Shown piece by piece: positions 60,954 to 64,000 of a stretch of DNA of 64,000 nucleotides. The translations under genes and the position numbers were made by a program. Location of the stretch: assembly GCA_052279835.1 (NCBI GenBank), contig CP181291.1:864001-928000 (forward strand), in the 5' to 3' direction. This stretch comes from Microcoleus sp. GTDB lineage: Bacteria > Cyanobacteriota > Cyanobacteriia > Cyanobacteriales > Microcoleaceae. The notes below the pieces were generated by a model. The model was given only the letters and a program-made list of their open reading frames with translations, was not told where the DNA came from and did no database searches. Positions within the stretch are counted from its first letter, which is position 1; every line of letters begins with the position of its first letter.

Positions 60954-62762
60954 CTATTTGCCAGTTTTAACTTCTAATTTACCACCATTACTGGGGCTAA
61001 AAGTTACTTGAAATTCAGCAGTTTTTTCAGCACCTGCTGGGGCACCTGCCGGAATTTGCAAAACGGGCAGAGGAGTTTCTTTGACGAAATCTTTAGCTGC
61101 TTTATTTGTAGGATCGAACTGCACTATGTCCCCATTTTGCTTCACTTTGACTCGATAAGTCAAACTTTCAGTAAAGGTGGGAGTTGTGGTCCAATTTTGG
61201 TCAATTTGTGCATATAACTGCTGTCCGATCGCATCGAGTTGCGCTTTGTCGGCAATCTGTGAGGTAGGGCTGGTGGTAGCAGCAGCAGTTGGTGCGGTTG
61301 TCCCAGCAGCACTCGGTGCAGTGGTAGCAGCAGCAGTTGGTGCGGTTGTCCCAGCAGCACTCGGTGCAGTGGTAGCAGCAGCAGTTGGTGCAGTTGTCCC
61401 AGCAGCACTCGGCGCGGTTGTCCCAGCAGCAGTTGGTGCAGTTGTCGCAGCAGCACTCGGTGCGGTTGTCGCAGCAGCAGTTGGTGCAGTTGTCGCAGCA
61501 GCAGTTGGTGCAGTTGTCGCAGCAGCAGTTGGTGCAGTTGTCCCAGCAGCAGTTGGTGCAGTTGTCGCAGCCGCCACAATTGGTGCAGCCGGAGTGGGAG
61601 GAGAACTAATTACCGCAGCCGCCGGCGCAGTGGGTGCAGTTTCTGCTAATTTTTCCTTTTGCTGACTAGCAACAGAAGACATATTGACAGCAGCTAAAAT
61701 ACTCATCGCGAATAACCAAGACACTCCTAGTACAGCGCCTTTGATTCGTGATGCTTCTGAGGGTTCGGAAGCGTGAGGTACAAATTCTGCGGGCGCCAAC
61801 TTGGTTCTCGACTTTTCCTGCGGAACAGCAGCGGGTCTGAGGGCTGATTCTGGCAAGGGTGGGAGGGCGGTTTCGGTTTCTTCTTCGCCTTCTGTGTGGG
61901 CGTAGCGGGAGAACAAGAACTCTAAAGCAAAGTTCCGCAGTTCGTAGTATTTCGGATCTTCCATGATCCGCGTGCGGTTGCGGGGACGGCTGAAGGGAAT
62001 GTGCATATCTTCCCCGATTTTAGCTGCGGGGCCGTTGGTCATCATCACGATGCGATCGGATAAAAACAAAGCTTCATCGATATCGTGGGTAATCATGATG
62101 ACGGTAATTTTGTACTCCCGCCAAATTTTGAGCAATTCTTCTTGCAACTCTTCCCGCGTAATTGGGTCTAGAGCTCCGAAAGGTTCGTCTAAAATCAACA
62201 GTTTGGGGCGAGTAGCTAGGGCACGGGCGATCGCAACTCTTTGTTTCATCCCCCCGGACAACTGGCCTGGTCTTTTGTTGCTAGCTTCGGTAAGTCCCAC
62301 CAATTCTAGGTGTTGCTGAACGATCGTATTGTGTTCGTCTGCGGACTTGTCAGGGTAAACATTTTCCACACCGAGGTGAATGTTTTCAGTAGCAGTCAGC
62401 CAAGGCAACAACGAGTAGTTTTGAAACACTACCATGCGATCGGGTCCAGGTTCAGTAATCCGCGCACCTTCGAGTGCAATCTCTCCTTCTGTCGGTCCGT
62501 TGAATCCGGCGATCATGTTGAGCAAAGTAGATTTGCCACAGCCGGAGTGACCGATCAAGCAAATAAATTCGCCTTCATTAATCTGGAGATTTACACCATC
62601 GAGAATTACGGCAGGCCCTTTGGGAGTTTGGTAGACTTTTGATACGTCTTTAATGGACAAAAAGGGTGTGGAGGTTTTGCCATTGCTAGCTTTAGTTGTT
62701 TTTTGATTTGCGAGAGTTTGCATATTTTCAGAATTGGGGTTAGGGTTTTCTGGATTAGGCAT
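60954..62762 (-). CDS. nrtD: NrtD nitrate ABC ATPase with long C-terminal extension
   Basis: GHSGCGKST, LSGGMKQR, LDEPFGALD; then a TM segment, Ala/Thr/Pro repeats and an extra ~100-aa domain. Confidence 0.88.
   Translation of the reverse strand: MPNPENPNPNSENMQTLANQKTTKASNGKTSTPFLSIKDVSKVYQTPKGPAVILDGVNLQINEGEFICLIGHSGCGKSTLLNMIAGFNGPTEGEIALEGARITEPGPDRMVVFQNYSLLPWLTATENIHLGVENVYPDKSADEHNTIVQQHLELVGLTEASNKRPGQLSGGMKQRVAIARALATRPKLLILDEPFGALDPITREELQEELLKIWREYKITVIMITHDIDEALFLSDRIVMMTNGPAAKIGEDMHIPFSRPRNRTRIMEDPKYYELRNFALEFLFSRYAHTEGEEETETALPPLPESALRPAAVPQEKSRTKLAPAEFVPHASEPSEASRIKGAVLGVSWLFAMSILAAVNMSSVASQQKEKLAETAPTAPAAAVISSPPTPAAPIVAAATTAPTAAGTTAPTAAATTAPTAAATTAPTAAATTAPSAAATTAPTAAGTTAPSAAGTTAPTAAATTAPSAAGTTAPTAAATTAPSAAGTTAPTAAATTSPTSQIADKAQLDAIGQQLYAQIDQNWTTTPTFTESLTYRVKVKQNGDIVQFDPTNKAAKDFVKETPLPVLQIPAGAPAGAEKTAEFQVTFSPSNGGKLEVKTGK
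61265..61572 (-). repeat. 24-bp coding tandem repeat (TTAP[T/S]AA[A/G]) about 12-13 copies
   Basis: Direct. Confidence 0.95.
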
Positions 62763-62897
62763 AGGAAATGGGATGAAAATAGTGCACGAGTTTTAAGTTG
62801 AAGAATTGGAATGGGCATCGGGCCTTTATAGCATCGGTAACAAATGACTAATGACTAATGACTACTGACTACTGACTACTGACTAATGACTTCCTGA

Positions 62898-64000
62898 TTA
62901 TGCTGCGGGCAGTTTGGTTGAACACTGACTGCCTATGGGCTCAATTAAAATTTCTTCAATGCGGACGTTGCGCTTGATTTTGACGTTTTCTAGATACTCG
63001 ATCGGGTCGTCTAGATTAAAGACAGTACCATCAAATAGTTCAATGCTACGACGATCGCGACCCACATCTGGCAAACCTAATTCTCTGACTGCTTGACCAA
63101 ACACATCGGGCCGCAAAACTCGATCGACTACTTCCACCCAGTTTTTCGGGAATGGAATCATGCCCCACCTGGCCATTTGCGCTGTCACCCAGAGCATTTC
63201 TAGGCGATCGGGAAAATTGGTTTTGTCAACGTAGAACTGATTGAAGTTGTAAACCATTTCCGGTTTGGTCGTCGTACCGTTATTGTAAGGGTCGAGGAAG
63301 CCCGGACGCACATCTTTGGCGTCAGCACCGATATATTGTTCTTGGCAAATCAATTCTAAGATTTCTTGGCGGTTGCGGCGATCGTCACAGTAGTCGCAGG
63401 CTTCCAAAAGGGCTTTGACGAGGGCGACGTGAGTTTGGGGATATTTCTGAGCCCAATCTTCGCGAACACCGAGGACTTTTTCGATGTGTCCAGGCATAAT
63501 ATCCAAGGAACGGGCGATGACAAAACCTGTACCGTCGTTGACTGCACGGGAATTCCAGGGGTCTCCTGAACAATAACCGTCGATGTTGCCTGCTTTTAAA
63601 TTGGCTACCATCTGTGGGGGCGGAATCACGGTTAAGCCGACATCAAGGTCGGGGTCAATGCCCCCAGCGGCCAGCCAGTAACGGAACAGCAGGTTGTGCA
63701 TCGAGGCGGGGTGTACCATGCCCAAGGTGTGAGCTTTATCGGGGGTACTGTCGATCGCGGCTTTCAAATCTTCCAAGGTCCGAATGCCTTGATTGTAAAG
63801 GTGTTTGCCGAGGACGATGGCATTGCCGTTGCGGGACAAGGTTAAGGCGCTACAGACGGGGACTGGCATTTCGCCGTCTAAGCCTAGCAGCATGGCGATC
63901 GGCATTCCTGCGACCATTTGCGCCGCATCCAGCCGTCCTTGGGCTACTCCTTTAGCGATTTCTTTCCAGCTAGGTTCCCGGCTGAGGGTGACTTCTTCCA
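62898..64000 (-). CDS. nrtC: NrtC, C-terminal NrtA-like regulatory domain (5'-partial)
   Basis: LDAAQM, LSRNGNAI, SMHNLLFRYWLAAGGIDPD, PPPQMVANL; frame open to the window edge. Confidence 0.9.
   Translation of the reverse strand, partial: EEVTLSREPSWKEIAKGVAQGRLDAAQMVAGMPIAMLLGLDGEMPVPVCSALTLSRNGNAIVLGKHLYNQGIRTLEDLKAAIDSTPDKAHTLGMVHPASMHNLLFRYWLAAGGIDPDLDVGLTVIPPPQMVANLKAGNIDGYCSGDPWNSRAVNDGTGFVIARSLDIMPGHIEKVLGVREDWAQKYPQTHVALVKALLEACDYCDDRRNRQEILELICQEQYIGADAKDVRPGFLDPYNNGTTTKPEMVYNFNQFYVDKTNFPDRLEMLWVTAQMARWGMIPFPKNWVEVVDRVLRPDVFGQAVRELGLPDVGRDRRSIELFDGTVFNLDDPIEYLENVKIKRNVRIEEILIEPIGSQCSTKLPAA

Noticed and set aside
61265..61572. Possible CRISPR or non-coding repeat
   Set aside because: In-frame 24-bp coding repeat with no spacers

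Overview
This is a chromosomal window from a filamentous cyanobacterium (Oscillatoriales/Microcoleus-like, inferred from frequent HIP1 GCGATCGC sites, heptamer STRR repeats and gene content). The backbone is housekeeping and metabolic: pepP, adenylate cyclase, frameshifted plmA, polysaccharide genes, ribBA, a HerA-like ATPase, a group-2 sigma factor, a CHASE4 kinase, cobO, moeA, rimM, rbp and nrtC-nrtD-narB. Two accessory regions stand out. (1) A ~5.7 kb array of 29 tRNA or tRNA-like genes (21700-27197; 19 amino acids, no Gly found) has a sigma70 promoter, a boxA-like motif and a structured leader carrying a 15-codon RCRLR uORF. It contains an antisense macrodomain gene and an IS607 tnpA-tnpB element inserted exactly in the T-arm of an 8/4-type tRNA-Ser, and it is followed by a DEDDh exonuclease gene. 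(2) A region lacking exact HIP1 sites by eye (34.3-45 kb) encodes a giant surface-type protein with alpha/beta-hydrolase and His-Me endonuclease modules, broken twice, facing a pentapeptide-repeat gene and a dead IS630. Also notable are a 179-bp IS605-type mini-element that probably keeps the omegaRNA scaffold and displaced a native stop codon, and an NrtD fused to a TM helix, a repeat stalk and an extra domain. All calls were made by eye; no searches or folding programs were run.
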